A stretch of DNA of 64,000 bases, from positions 1-64,000 of the forward strand of contig JBJFGS010000020.1 of NCBI GenBank assembly GCA_051892935.1, given 5' to 3'. Shown piece by piece: positions 35,602 to 45,508 of this stretch. The notes under the pieces are model-generated. The model ran no database searches. It was given only the letters and a program-made list of their open reading frames with translations, and was not told where the DNA came from. Made by a program: the position numbers and the translations under genes. Source of the stretch: Candidatus Coprovivens sp. GTDB taxonomy: Bacteria > Bacillota_I > Bacilli_A > RF39 > UBA660. Position 1 is the stretch's first letter. The number at the start of each line of letters is the position of its first letter.

Positions 35602-36177
35602 ATGATAAATAAAATATGGTTTATACTTATTAGTATTGGAATTATTTATTCTTTTAGTAGTGGGAATAATCATATGGGTGATATTATATTAAATACTTCT
35701 TATGATACTTGGGATATGATTATTACTATAGGTCCTTTGATAGTACTATGGTCAGGGATTATGAATATTGCTAGTGAAAGTGGTTTGTTAAATAAGTTTA
35801 GTAAAATACTAAGACCTTTTTTAAAAATGATAATGCCTGATACCAAAAGTGATAAAGCTTTGGAGTATGTTTCTTCTAATATAGCTGCTAATATGTTGGG
35901 ATTAGGAAGTGTTGCGACACCTGCAGGATTAAAGGCAATGAAAGAACTTGAAAAGGAAAATAAGACACCTGGTCGAGCAACTGATTCAATGATAACTTTT
36001 TTGGTATTAAATACTAGTGGTGTTACTATTATACCTATTTCTGTTTTGGCATTAAGAATGGGATATGGGAGTATTACACCAACATCTATTATTTTACCTA
36101 GTATAATAGCAACATCAATGAGTACATTATGTGGATTATTATTAGATTATGTTATTAGGAGGAGAAATGCTAAATAA
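35602..36177 (+). CDS. spmA: Spore maturation protein A
   Basis: LWSGIMNIA, ANMLGLG..ATPAGLKAM and FLVLNT motifs. Confidence 0.93.
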   Translation: MINKIWFILISIGIIYSFSSGNNHMGDIILNTSYDTWDMIITIGPLIVLWSGIMNIASESGLLNKFSKILRPFLKMIMPDTKSDKALEYVSSNIAANMLGLGSVATPAGLKAMKELEKENKTPGRATDSMITFLVLNTSGVTIIPISVLALRMGYGSITPTSIILPSIIATSMSTLCGLLLDYVIRRRNAK

Positions 36178-36649
36178 TTATATAATACCTTTAATTGTTA
36201 TTGTTATTATTATTTATGGGTTTGTAAAAAATGGAAATATATATGATGATTTTGTAAATGGTGCTATTGATGGAATTAGAATATTGGTTGAAATTATACC
36301 GGTAATGCTAGCTATGATTTTTGCTGTTAATATCTTTGTTGGAAGTGGCTTTTTAAACACAATAGGAGGTAAGTTTAAAGATATTTTTCCCATGATGATA
36401 TTAAGACCTATAAGTGGTAATGCATCATTGGCTATGTTATCTAAAATATATCAAAATTATGGAGTTGATAGTTTTACTTCTTTTTTGGCTAGTATTATAC
36501 AGGGAGCAACTGATACTACTATTTATGTATTAGCTTTATATTTTGGAAGTATTAAAATAAAGAGAAGTAGGTATGCTTTAGCAGTTGGTTTATTTGCTGA
36601 TTTTTGTGGTATTATGACAGCTTTGATTGTAGCTAAAATATTTTTTTGA
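36167..36649 (+). CDS. spmB: Spore maturation protein B
   Basis: YDDFV.GA..G, RPISG and GATDTTIYVLALYFG motifs; AGGAGG RBS before ATG 36167. Confidence 0.92.
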   Translation: MLNNYIIPLIVIVIIIYGFVKNGNIYDDFVNGAIDGIRILVEIIPVMLAMIFAVNIFVGSGFLNTIGGKFKDIFPMMILRPISGNASLAMLSKIYQNYGVDSFTSFLASIIQGATDTTIYVLALYFGSIKIKRSRYALAVGLFADFCGIMTALIVAKIFF

Positions 36650-36675
36650 TATAATTAATTAAGGTAGTGGTAATA

Positions 36676-37176
36676 ATGAATAAAAAAGAGCAATTAAAGT
36701 GTCCTTATTGTGGATTTATAAATATAAAGGGAACAAGAAAGTGTTCAAAATGTAAAAAAAACATAGATACTTTAAGAAAGAGTTGTCCTAAATGTGGGAA
36801 AATTAATTATAATAATGTAAAATTGTGTGTGAGATGTAAATATGATTTTACTAAAGAAAATAGACCTATTATAGTTAATTTTATAGTATCTCTTTTATTA
36901 GTTGGTGTTTTATCTTTGTTAGTATTCTTTGATAAAGAAGGTATAGTTGAAAAGTTTAGTTTATTATTAAAGGTATTAGCTTGTTTCTTTATTTTTATAC
37001 TAATTGTAAAAGTTTTTACATATGGAGAAAAGGATAGATTAAATTATAGTGCAGAAGAAGAGATGGTAGATAATCATAAAAGATTTATTAATATGAAAAA
37101 ATGGAGTAATATAGCTATTATAATTGGTGGTGTTTTAATATTAATATTTTTAATATACTATTATTTTATAAGATAA
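36676..37176 (+). CDS. Double zinc-ribbon membrane protein
   Basis: Four CxxC motifs (CPYC, CSKC, CPKC, CVRC) followed by 3 TMs. Confidence 0.75.
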   Translation: MNKKEQLKCPYCGFINIKGTRKCSKCKKNIDTLRKSCPKCGKINYNNVKLCVRCKYDFTKENRPIIVNFIVSLLLVGVLSLLVFFDKEGIVEKFSLLLKVLACFFIFILIVKVFTYGEKDRLNYSAEEEMVDNHKRFINMKKWSNIAIIIGGVLILIFLIYYYFIR

Positions 37177-37235
37177 CGGGAAGAAAACTTCTCTTTTTTT
37201 ATTTTTTTTTGTATAATTAGGTTCAGGTGGTTTAT

Positions 37236-37964
37236 ATGGAACGTTTACAAAAATTTATAGCTAATAGTGGTTATTGTTCTAGGAGAAAAGCAGAAGAATT
37301 AATCATTAAAGGTCAAGTTTATGTTAATGGGGAATTAGTTACAGAATTAGGTACTAAAGTAAATGGTAATGAATCTATAGTAGTAGAAGGTGTTTCTTTA
37401 AATAAACAAAATAGAAAAGAGTATTATCTTCTTAATAAACCTAGAGGTTATATATGTAGTGTTAGTGATGATAAAGGGAGAAAAGTTGTTACTGATTTAA
37501 TTGATACTAAAGAAAGAATCTATCCTGTTGGAAGACTAGATTATGATACAACTGGTGTTTTATTATTAACTAATGATGGGGAGTTTGCTAATATATTAAT
37601 GCATCCTTCTAATGGTGTAGAAAAAACTTATTTGGCTATTATTGAGGGAGTTATGACTACTGAAGAAATATATGAATTGAAAGATGGAGTAGTTATAGAT
37701 GGTGTTAAAGTAACACCAAAAAGAGTTAAAATAAAGAAGAAAGATTTAGAAAAGAATAAATCTAAGGTTGAGATAACTATTATAGAAGGAAGAAATCATA
37801 TTGTAAAAAAGATGTTTGAAGCTATTGGACATCCTGTTAATAAATTAACTAGGGAGAGATTAGCTTTCTTAGATGTTAAGGGGTTAAAATCTGGGGAATA
37901 TAGATATTTAAGTAATGAAGAAGTACGAGAATTGATGAAACTTAAAAAGAGTTCTAAAAAGTAG
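37236..37964 (+). CDS. rluB: 23S rRNA pseudouridine synthase RluB (RsuA family)
   Basis: S4 domain ERLQKFIA..G..SRRKAE; YPVGRLDYDT; EGRNH. Confidence 0.92.
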   Translation: MERLQKFIANSGYCSRRKAEELIIKGQVYVNGELVTELGTKVNGNESIVVEGVSLNKQNRKEYYLLNKPRGYICSVSDDKGRKVVTDLIDTKERIYPVGRLDYDTTGVLLLTNDGEFANILMHPSNGVEKTYLAIIEGVMTTEEIYELKDGVVIDGVKVTPKRVKIKKKDLEKNKSKVEITIIEGRNHIVKKMFEAIGHPVNKLTRERLAFLDVKGLKSGEYRYLSNEEVRELMKLKKSSKK

Positions 37965-37973
37965 AACTCTTTT
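37945..37973. terminator. Bidirectional terminator between rluB and the ferredoxin gene
   Basis: AAAAGAGTTCTA...TAGAACTCTTTT inverted repeat between convergent genes. Confidence 0.7.
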
Positions 37974-37984
37974 ATGTTGCTTTA

Positions 37985-38203
37985 TTAAGCAGCCATTGGC
38001 ATGTCGTTGTTAGTTTCTTCAACTTCTTCAGCGACTTCAGTAACTTCGATAGCACCAACAGGACAAGCGCCAGCTACTTCTTTAACTGAATCAGTTATTT
38101 CTTGAGAAATAGCAACTGATACACCTTCTTTAAAATCAAAATGTTCTGGATCCATAGCTATGCAAGCTCCACAACCTACACATGTTTCATTAACTTTTAT
38201 CAT
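37985..38203 (-). CDS. Ferredoxin (single Fe-S cluster)
   Basis: CVGCGAC...CPVGAI; start MIKV after an AAAGGAGG RBS. Confidence 0.9.
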   Translation of the reverse strand: MIKVNETCVGCGACIAMDPEHFDFKEGVSVAISQEITDSVKEVAGACPVGAIEVTEVAEEVEETNNDMPMAA

Positions 38204-38312
38204 ATTAATTCCTCCTTTAAAAATAATATCAACTATAATAAAAAAATGCAATAAAACATTTTAAAAATATAAATAATTATGTTATCATTATAATGATAAG
38301 GAGTGTCGTAAA

Positions 38313-39365
38313 ATGGAATCAAGGCAATCGAGAATGCAAAAATACTATGATAATAATTTAGATAACGATGTTGTTACTTCATCTTCAAGAACAAAAAAGA
38401 ATCAAAATCTTTACAAAGAAGTAAGCAGTTTAGATTTAAAAGAATTTGATTTAAATAGTAATGTTTCTGTTATAGGTGAAAATACTGATAATATAAGTCT
38501 TGATGAGATAAAAGATATTCTAAGTGAAAAGTATAGAGAAAATACTAGAAATAAAAGTTTTGGAGATACTGAAGAAATAGAATTACCTAAAATTAATTTA
38601 GATGAAACAAGAGAATATGATATTAATGCTATCTTAGAAAAAGCTAAGGATAGTAAAGAGAGTAACTATGAGGAAGATAGATTAAAAAAAGTTCGTAGTA
38701 CGCAATATGATATTCTTAAAACATTGGATATAATGAATAATGAAGAAGAAGTTGAAGATAAGTCTTTAGAGTTTGAAGAAAAACCTAATGATAGGAGACC
38801 TCTTCCTAATAAGGAAAAAGAAGAAGCTAAATTACATGATTTGATTGATACTATAACTGCTAAAGAGCTTATTGAAAATGAGAGTAAGTTAGAAGTTACT
38901 GGTGAAATGGATCCTTTAGATATATTAAGTGATTTAAGAGGAGAAGATGAAAATACTAAGGTAATGGGAGCCTTAGTTCAAGAATTAATCGAAGAAAGTA
39001 AAAAAGAAAATGAACTTGCTCTAACACATTCTATTCCTATTGTAAGTGATGAAGATAATAATAAAACGAGTGAAGATATTCCAGTAATATCTGATGAAGA
39101 ACAAGCTATATCTTTAGATGAATTAGACCAGAAAGATAAGCCAGAATCAAAGAGTCAAAAAGAAGTAAAAGAAAATAAAATGTATGATTCATTTATTGGT
39201 AGCACAACTGTATTTAAACAGGATGATTTTGATGATTTTGATGACTTAAAAGATAGTGGTGTTGGTAAAATAATAGTAAAAATAATAATAATATTACTTG
39301 TTATTGCGTTTATAGCTGGTTGTATTGTACTAGCAAATTACTTTTTAAATTTAGGACTATTTTAA
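38313..39365 (+). CDS. Acidic cytoplasmic protein with a C-terminal TM anchor, function unknown
   Basis: D/E-rich body with a single C-terminal TM. Confidence 0.7.
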   Translation: MESRQSRMQKYYDNNLDNDVVTSSSRTKKNQNLYKEVSSLDLKEFDLNSNVSVIGENTDNISLDEIKDILSEKYRENTRNKSFGDTEEIELPKINLDETREYDINAILEKAKDSKESNYEEDRLKKVRSTQYDILKTLDIMNNEEEVEDKSLEFEEKPNDRRPLPNKEKEEAKLHDLIDTITAKELIENESKLEVTGEMDPLDILSDLRGEDENTKVMGALVQELIEESKKENELALTHSIPIVSDEDNNKTSEDIPVISDEEQAISLDELDQKDKPESKSQKEVKENKMYDSFIGSTTVFKQDDFDDFDDLKDSGVGKIIVKIIIILLVIAFIAGCIVLANYFLNLGLF

Positions 39366-39396
39366 TATAGTTCTTTTTAATTTCATATAATTAAAT

Positions 39397-40077
39397 ATGA
39401 AATTAAAGAAGAGAAATAAAAGAAAATATTATGTTACTATTATATTAATTATATTGTGTTCGTGGTTTAATATAAGATATATTGGTATTAAACTATTGCC
39501 CCATATTAAATATATAGTAGAAAAGAATGTTAATAAAAGCATTTATAATTATGTTTATAATATATTTGATAAAGAAGTACTAGAAAATGAAGAGATGCTT
39601 GATATTATTAGTTTAAATACGAATAGTGAAGGAGAGATAATATCAGTAGATTATAAGTTTAATATAGCATATAAGTATTTGAGTGATGGGATGAATTATT
39701 TATATGATAATGTTTCTAGTATGAAGATAAATACTGATTTTGATTCTGTTAATGATGGAATATATTTTATACCTGTTGGATATACACAAAATAATATGTT
39801 ACTTGATAATTTAGGGTTTAAAATACCTTGTAAAATTATGTATTTAAGTGAGATAGATATGGGGTTTAAAACTAGAGTAACGGATTATGGAATGAATAAT
39901 GTTTTAGTAGAATTATATTTAAATATAAATATAAAAAATAATTTAATGAGTCCTAATAGTTTTTATGAATTTGGTAATACTTATGAAATGATAATAGCTT
40001 CTAAAGTAGTTATGGGGAGAATCCCTTCTTATTATGGTGGAACAATTGAAAAATCCACATCAATTGTATCTAGTTAA
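39397..40077 (+). CDS. yunB: Sporulation protein YunB
   Basis: N-terminal TM; IPVGY..NN.LL.NLG.KIP; YGMNN; VVMGRIPSYY. Confidence 0.88.
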   Translation: MKLKKRNKRKYYVTIILIILCSWFNIRYIGIKLLPHIKYIVEKNVNKSIYNYVYNIFDKEVLENEEMLDIISLNTNSEGEIISVDYKFNIAYKYLSDGMNYLYDNVSSMKINTDFDSVNDGIYFIPVGYTQNNMLLDNLGFKIPCKIMYLSEIDMGFKTRVTDYGMNNVLVELYLNINIKNNLMSPNSFYEFGNTYEMIIASKVVMGRIPSYYGGTIEKSTSIVSS

Positions 40078-40118
40078 ATTATTTAATTTGTGATACTATT
40101 TATATAGTAGGTGATTAT

Positions 40119-40664
40119 ATGACTGAAAATAAAATTTTTATAAATGAAGCATTAAGTGAAGCTTTTTTATTATATAATAAGTCAAAAGATAATGTTAATT
40201 CTTTGGACTATAACAGTTTTATGTGTAGTATAATTAGAATGCTTATATTAATATACGGGAAAGAAATATTAGGTATTTTTGAAAATAGTGATGTTGTTTC
40301 TTTTGAAAAAGAATTATTAAAATATGGGTATGATAAAAAAGAATATGATAACTTTTTATTATGTATAGAAAAGTTTTATAATTTTGATAAGAAATTAAAG
40401 AATAAACCTATTAAAAAGAAAAATAAATTTTTTAATTTATTGCAAAAATATTTGATAGATATGTTTTTGCAAAAGGATAAAGTTGAAAAAGTTGATGATA
40501 AAACAAAAGAAGAATTTGGTAATTTATTGTTTACAGCTAATAGTAGTAACTTTTATCAAAAGAGTTATGCTGTTTTAGTTGCTTATAATCCTTATGAAAT
40601 ATATGAATATGCAAAGAAAAATAATATAGTGGGTGATGGTAATGAAAAAAACGTTAGTAATTAA
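40119..40664 (+). CDS. Hypothetical protein
   Basis: 181-aa ORF with an AGGTGA RBS. Confidence 0.65.
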   Translation: MTENKIFINEALSEAFLLYNKSKDNVNSLDYNSFMCSIIRMLILIYGKEILGIFENSDVVSFEKELLKYGYDKKEYDNFLLCIEKFYNFDKKLKNKPIKKKNKFFNLLQKYLIDMFLQKDKVEKVDDKTKEEFGNLLFTANSSNFYQKSYAVLVAYNPYEIYEYAKKNNIVGDGNEKNVSN

Positions 40665-40923
40665 TGATGTAGAATATGAAATAATTAATGATTATAATGA
40701 TGCTATTGATAAGATAGTATTATCAGAAAAGATAACAGATTATTTTGATAATTTTGATTATATTGTTGGTGATTGGGCTTATGGAAAACTTAGATTAAAA
40801 GGTTTTTATGATTCAAATAATAAGAGTTGTAAAAAAATAAATGATATAGCTACGTTAAAAACATATATTGAAAATAATTGTGCGTATGGCTGCAAATGGT
40901 TTCAAATAAAAAGAATAAAATAA
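40642..40923 (+). CDS. yutD: YutD/DUF1027 family protein
   Basis: FDYIVGDWAYGKLRLKGFY...CAYGC signature. Confidence 0.9.
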   Translation: MKKTLVINDVEYEIINDYNDAIDKIVLSEKITDYFDNFDYIVGDWAYGKLRLKGFYDSNNKSCKKINDIATLKTYIENNCAYGCKWFQIKRIK

Positions 40924-40988
40924 GTTATTGAAAACATATTCTTATTTTGCTATAATAAGTTATAAGAATAGAATAGAGAGGGATTGCA

Positions 40989-42479
40989 ATGCCAGATAAG
41001 ATTTCAATCTTGAAGGAATCTGGGGAAACAATTAATTCTAATGTTGTTTCTGTATTTATGATTCCTGATACAGAGAAAAAATATATTATTACAACTGAAA
41101 ATGCTGTGGATCCTCATGGACTCACTGTTTTGCATGTGAGCGAAATTGTTGATGGCGTTTTACAAAAAATTGCAACTGATGAAGAATGGTCAACAATAAA
41201 AACAATTATGCGTGCGATGATATCTGGTAGTGTTAGTTCTTATCAATATTTTCCAACTATTGAGAGCATAAAAGCTAATGGTCAGTATTCAAGAGATATT
41301 TCTGTTAGTGCTTCAGCTTCTAAACAAATGATTGATAACTATATGGCAGCTGAAAAAAGTGGAATTATTGTTCCACCACAAAGTAATAATTTACAAAATC
41401 AAACGAATAATATAAATCAACAAAGTGTAGCTCCACAAAATAATCAGAGTGTAACTATTTTCCCAACAAATGGTGTGTCATCAATGAATGCTGATGATGA
41501 ATTAATTCCTGGTATTGCTGAAGTGAATGCTACTCCAGTTGATCCTAGTGCTTTACAAAATAGTGCTGTTAATAATGGGGGAATTAATGCTGTTAATGCT
41601 GTACCTCCTGTTGGTGGAGCTAATAATGTTGATAATACATCTCAAGTAAACATGGGAGCAGGTGTGATTAATAATGTTGGAAATCCAATGATGCAGAATA
41701 TTGTTAATCCTACTCCGACAGTTGAACCAGTAATGCAACCAAATATGATGTCTAATAATATGATGCCAACTGGTAATGTTCCTCCAGTTAATAGTGCTGA
41801 TGTATCACAAATGAATAATAATGTTCAAACGATTATGAATCCTAGTGTTCCTAGTAATGATATAAATAATCCTGTTTTGAACAATGATGTTCAAGTTCCA
41901 AATACATTGATTATGCCACCTCTTACTGATAATGTTAATACAATGACAGCTTCTAATAATCAGGTTAATAATGGTATTATAAGTCCTACTCCTGTTATAG
42001 TGACTGAAAGCGTAGAAGATAAAAAAATAGGAGTTGTTTCTACGGAACCAATTATTAATACACAGTCAACACCAATTCCTGAGACTAATAATGTTCAAGT
42101 TTTACAACCTTCTGTTACAGTTCCTACTGCACAGATTGCTAATGAAGCTCAAGAAGCTCCGGTAGTTAAAATAGATACTAATGCTTCACCTAGTTTTAAT
42201 CCTGATGCAAGTTTAGATGAGGTTGTAATGGCGGCTCAAGAAATGTTTATGGAAGGTGTAAAAAACCTTGTCCAAACAATTCAAGAAAAGGTATATAGAG
42301 ATTTATATGCTAGAGAAGCTCAAGTTAAAGAAAAAGAAGCTTTGCTTGAACAAAGAGAAAAAGTACTAAATGATCAAATGATGGCAATGATGTCTAATTT
42401 TGCTGTAATGCAAGGAAAACCATTAAGTACAGCTATGAGTCAACCTACTGTTGTTGAAACAAATAATGATGTAAAATAA
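40989..42479 (+). CDS. DUF1292-like N-terminal domain, long N/P/V/M low-complexity linker and C-terminal coiled coil
   Basis: KKYII...LQKIATDEEW DUF1292-like motif; about 280-aa disordered region; REAQVKEKEALLEQRE coil. Confidence 0.6.
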   Translation: MPDKISILKESGETINSNVVSVFMIPDTEKKYIITTENAVDPHGLTVLHVSEIVDGVLQKIATDEEWSTIKTIMRAMISGSVSSYQYFPTIESIKANGQYSRDISVSASASKQMIDNYMAAEKSGIIVPPQSNNLQNQTNNINQQSVAPQNNQSVTIFPTNGVSSMNADDELIPGIAEVNATPVDPSALQNSAVNNGGINAVNAVPPVGGANNVDNTSQVNMGAGVINNVGNPMMQNIVNPTPTVEPVMQPNMMSNNMMPTGNVPPVNSADVSQMNNNVQTIMNPSVPSNDINNPVLNNDVQVPNTLIMPPLTDNVNTMTASNNQVNNGIISPTPVIVTESVEDKKIGVVSTEPIINTQSTPIPETNNVQVLQPSVTVPTAQIANEAQEAPVVKIDTNASPSFNPDASLDEVVMAAQEMFMEGVKNLVQTIQEKVYRDLYAREAQVKEKEALLEQREKVLNDQMMAMMSNFAVMQGKPLSTAMSQPTVVETNNDVK

Positions 42480-42507
42480 AACTCCAGTAATTAAATGGAG
42501 TTTTTTT
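42478..42507 (+). terminator. Intrinsic terminator
   Basis: AAAACTCCA-loop-TGGAGTTTTTTT. Confidence 0.65.
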
Positions 42508-42520
42508 CATATGTTATAGT

Positions 42521-43366
42521 ATGATAAATATTTTGAAAAGATATTATGATATAGAAATAAAAGAATATGATAAATATAAAGATGGGATTGTTTTTTTTAT
42601 AAATGATTCTTATTACTATTTTATGAAGTATGAATTTGACATTGAATATTTAAATATATCATATGATTTTTATGTTTATTTAAAAGCTAAAAAAATAAAA
42701 ATTCATGACTTTGTTTTTAATAAAAATAAAGAATTGATTTCAGAATCATATATTTTATTTAAGTTAAATTGCTTTTTGGAAGATATTGATATAAATGATA
42801 TATTACTTTTTTCTAAAAATATTATTACAAAAGAGTTTATGACTGATAATATGATAGATTTTTGGTATAGGAAAATTGATTATTTGGAAAAACAAGTAAC
42901 TGAGTTATCAGATAATAAGTTAATTAATTATAGCTTTGATTATTTTATTGGTATTAGTGAAGAATTATTATTATACTTTAAAAATAATTATTTTAATGAT
43001 GGAAATAATAATTGCTTAGTTCATAGAAGTTTAGATTCTTTAAGTAGTATTGATTTTTATAATCCTTTGAATATTATGGTGGATAGTAAATATAAAGATA
43101 TTATTTCTTATATAAGATTAACAGATGATTGGAATTTATTTTTAAATTTATTAGATAGAATTAATAGTAATGATAAAATATATATTTTTGTTAGAATGTG
43201 TTTTCCTTTTAAATATTTTAACTTAGTGAGTGATATTATATTAAATAATAAATCTAATAATGAATTAGCTATTGTTTTGAATAGAATTACAGAGTATGAA
43301 GAATACTTAAAAATGGTAGAAAAAATGTGTGGTATTTATCTGTTTTCTTGGATAAAAAAAGAGTAA
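42521..43366 (+). CDS. yutH: Spore coat kinase-like protein YutH (CotS family), divergent
   Basis: W..KIDYLE.Q, SFDYFIG.SE, LVHR, NPLN and R..FP..YF motifs; synteny with yutD and nfuA. Confidence 0.7.
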   Translation: MINILKRYYDIEIKEYDKYKDGIVFFINDSYYYFMKYEFDIEYLNISYDFYVYLKAKKIKIHDFVFNKNKELISESYILFKLNCFLEDIDINDILLFSKNIITKEFMTDNMIDFWYRKIDYLEKQVTELSDNKLINYSFDYFIGISEELLLYFKNNYFNDGNNNCLVHRSLDSLSSIDFYNPLNIMVDSKYKDIISYIRLTDDWNLFLNLLDRINSNDKIYIFVRMCFPFKYFNLVSDIILNNKSNNELAIVLNRITEYEEYLKMVEKMCGIYLFSWIKKE

Positions 43367-43615
43367 TTAAACTGTTACGTTAATTACTCCTTCTATTTCT
43401 GGGATTTCTTCTTTTAATTCGGCGTAAATACCATTATTGATTGTTTCATCTTGAGCTAAACACTGAGCACAGTGTCCTAAAAGTCTAATATATACTATTT
43501 TATCTTGATATTTGACAAATTCACAATCTCCGCCATCTAATACTAGGTATCCTCTAAGAATATCTAGTTTTGATTTTATTTTTTCGACAACTTCTTTGTC
43601 TGCTTCTTCGTTCAT
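43367..43615 (-). CDS. NifU C-terminal domain Fe-S carrier (YutI/NfuA-like)
   Basis: LRGYLVLDGGD..F and LGHCAQC (CxxC) motifs. Confidence 0.88.
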   Translation of the reverse strand: MNEEADKEVVEKIKSKLDILRGYLVLDGGDCEFVKYQDKIVYIRLLGHCAQCLAQDETINNGIYAELKEEIPEIEGVINVTV

Positions 43616-43698
43616 AGTAATCACCATTTTTAATTATATCTTATAAATTGTTTTGTGTAAATAATTTGTTGTGGTATAATTAGTTCTGAGGTGCAATA

Positions 43699-44034
43699 AT
43701 GTCGAAGTATAAAATAAATGATATGGTTAAAGGGAAAGTAACTGGTATTGAAAAATATGGTATATTTCTTTTATTGGAAGATGGATATACTGGTTTAATA
43801 CATATTTCTGAAATATCAGAGAAGTTTGTTCGTAATGTTTTTGATTATGTAAGTTTAGACGAAGAAATTATTTCAAGAGTAATTGATGTTGATGATGATA
43901 ATAAAAGATTAAAGCTTACTATCAAGAATTTAGATTATAGAATTGAAGATAATAAAGAAAAAGATGCTAATGGATTTACTTTATTAAAAGAAAAACTTCC
44001 TGAGTGGATATCTGAATATAAGAACAATAATTAA
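43699..44034 (+). CDS. S1-domain RNA-binding protein (YugI/GSP13-like)
   Basis: GKVTGIEKYGIF..GLIHISEIS S1 motif; GFTLLKEKLPEWI C-terminus. Confidence 0.88.
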   Translation: MSKYKINDMVKGKVTGIEKYGIFLLLEDGYTGLIHISEISEKFVRNVFDYVSLDEEIISRVIDVDDDNKRLKLTIKNLDYRIEDNKEKDANGFTLLKEKLPEWISEYKNNN

Positions 44035-44095
44035 TATTAAAATTGTTCTTTTTTTATAATAAAAAAAACAGAACTAAGTTCTGTTAATTTCTTTA

Positions 44096-44184
44096 TGGTG
44101 CCCAAGGCCGGACTTGAACCGGCACGAGGGTTAAATCTCGCAGGATTTTAAGTCCTGTGCGTCTACCTATTCCGCCACTTGGGC
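44096..44184 (-). tRNA. tRNA-Leu(TAA)
   Basis: Reverse complement GCCCAAG...CAGGA-CTTAAAA-TCCTG, long variable arm, ends ACCA. Confidence 0.95.
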
Positions 44185-44332
44185 AACACCAATGTCTTTT
44201 CATAAGACTTCTTGAGTATACCTCATTTTTTTTTGTTTTGCAAGAGTTTTTTCTTTTTTTTTGAAAAAGTTGCTATTTTTAATATTTAATGTGCTAAAAA
44301 AGGATATTTTTTTAAAAAAATTCTCATTTTTA

Positions 44333-44362
44333 TTGACATTACAAAAATTATTATGCTATAAT
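44333..44362 (+). promoter_or_regulatory. Sigma-A promoter of the Ser-fMet-Asp-Phe tRNA operon
   Basis: TTGACA(44333-38)-18 bp-TATAAT(44357-62) with a TG extension. Confidence 0.8.
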
Positions 44363-44388
44363 CAACTTGTCGCTGGAGAAAAGCGAAT

Positions 44389-44481
44389 GGAGGAATACCC
44401 AAGTCTGGTTGAAGGGACCGGTCTTGAAAACCGGAAGGTCGTGTGAGCGGCGCAGGGGTTCGAATCCCTTTTCCTCCGCCA
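44389..44481 (+). tRNA. tRNA-Ser(TGA)
   Basis: CCGGT-CTTGAAA-ACCGG anticodon arm, long variable arm, GCCA end. Confidence 0.95.
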
Positions 44482-44496
44482 TATTTAATTTTTTAT

Positions 44497-44573
44497 CGCG
44501 GGATGGAGCAGTCTGGTAGCTCGCCGGGCTCATAACCCGGAGGTCGTTGGTTCAAATCCAGCTCCCGCAACCA
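44497..44573 (+). tRNA. Initiator tRNA-fMet(CAT)
   Basis: C1:A72 mismatch, GGG/CCC anticodon stem, CAT anticodon, CCA end. Confidence 0.95.
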
Positions 44574-44578
44574 TTTAT

Positions 44579-44655
44579 GGTCCGTTAGTCTAGAGGCCTA
44601 TGACGTCTGCCTGTCACGCAGAAGATCACGGGTTCGAATCCCGTACGGACCGCCA
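44579..44655 (+). tRNA. tRNA-Asp(GTC)
   Basis: CTGC-CTGTCAC-GCAG anticodon arm; GCCA end. Confidence 0.95.
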
Positions 44656-44662
44656 TTTTTTT

Positions 44663-44738
<76 letters not shown>

Positions 44739-44750
44739 TTTTAATAAAAT

Positions 44751-44775
44751 ACTCGAATTTGTTTCGAGTTTTTTT
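44751..44775 (+). terminator. Terminator of the tRNA operon, shared with the convergent gene
   Basis: ACTCGAA-loop-TTCGAGT followed by a T tract. Confidence 0.7.
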
Positions 44776-45298
44776 ATTTTGGTACCCCATATTTTAGTGA
44801 TTGCGGATCTAAAAATAAATCTAGTTTAGGTGGTAAATAAGTTAATAATGCAAATATCATATATGTTATTATGATTAGTATTATGGATATATTTTCCAGT
44901 TTTAAATCTTTATGATTTATTAATTTTGTTGCTATTAGTTTAGATAATACAATACTAATTAACATAATTATTATAGTTATCGGAAGGTTTTCTCCTATGT
45001 TATTGTATATTGGAATAAAGAATAGTAAAAATATTGGTATTGATATAATTGCGTTTATATAATTACAAAATAATATATTATTGTATTTTATTTTTTTGTT
45101 TTTTGCGTATATTTTTTCGATTATTCCTGTAAAAATAATACTTGTAAATAATATTTTCATATGTTCCCATATACTTTCGTTGACAGGGGATATAATACTC
45201 GTTATAAAACATGGTATTTTTTGATATAGAAAATGTAGAGGAAAACATAGTAAAAATGTTATAATTATATTTATTATTGTTTTTTTATTTTTTAACAT
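44774..45298 (-). CDS. DUF6512-like membrane protein
   Basis: LHFLY...SPVNESIWEHMKILF motif and several TMs; start MLKNKK after an AAGGTGA RBS. Confidence 0.75.
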   Translation of the reverse strand: MLKNKKTIINIIITFLLCFPLHFLYQKIPCFITSIISPVNESIWEHMKILFTSIIFTGIIEKIYAKNKKIKYNNILFCNYINAIISIPIFLLFFIPIYNNIGENLPITIIIMLISIVLSKLIATKLINHKDLKLENISIILIIITYMIFALLTYLPPKLDLFLDPQSLKYGVPK

Positions 45299-45363
45299 TT
45301 TTCTCACCTTTATAATAATATAGGTGAAAATGTGTATTTTATTATAAAAAAGTAAAAAAATAT

Positions 45364-45487
45364 TGGACATTTTTAAAATATAATAGTACAATATTACTTG
45401 TCTTGGTTGGAATGAAGAAACTGAGTAAATAAAAAAACAAAAAAAATCAAAAAAAATGTTGACATTTATTGTTCGAGTTGGTATACT
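45364..45487 (+). promoter_or_regulatory. Tandem P1/P2 sigma-A promoters of the Val-Thr-Tyr-Gln-Lys tRNA operon
   Basis: TGGACA(45364-69)-17 bp-TACAAT(45387-92) and TTGACA(45459-64)-17 bp-TATACT(45482-87). Both are followed by CTTGTC; P2 has an A-tract UP element. Confidence 0.7.
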
Positions 45488-45508
45488 TAGTCTTGTCAAA
45501 CGAAGTTT

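Noticed and set aside
45299-45499. N-terminal 67-codon extension of ORF 44774..45499
   Set aside because: It overlaps the tandem tRNA promoters on the opposite strand; a better start with an RBS is at 45298.
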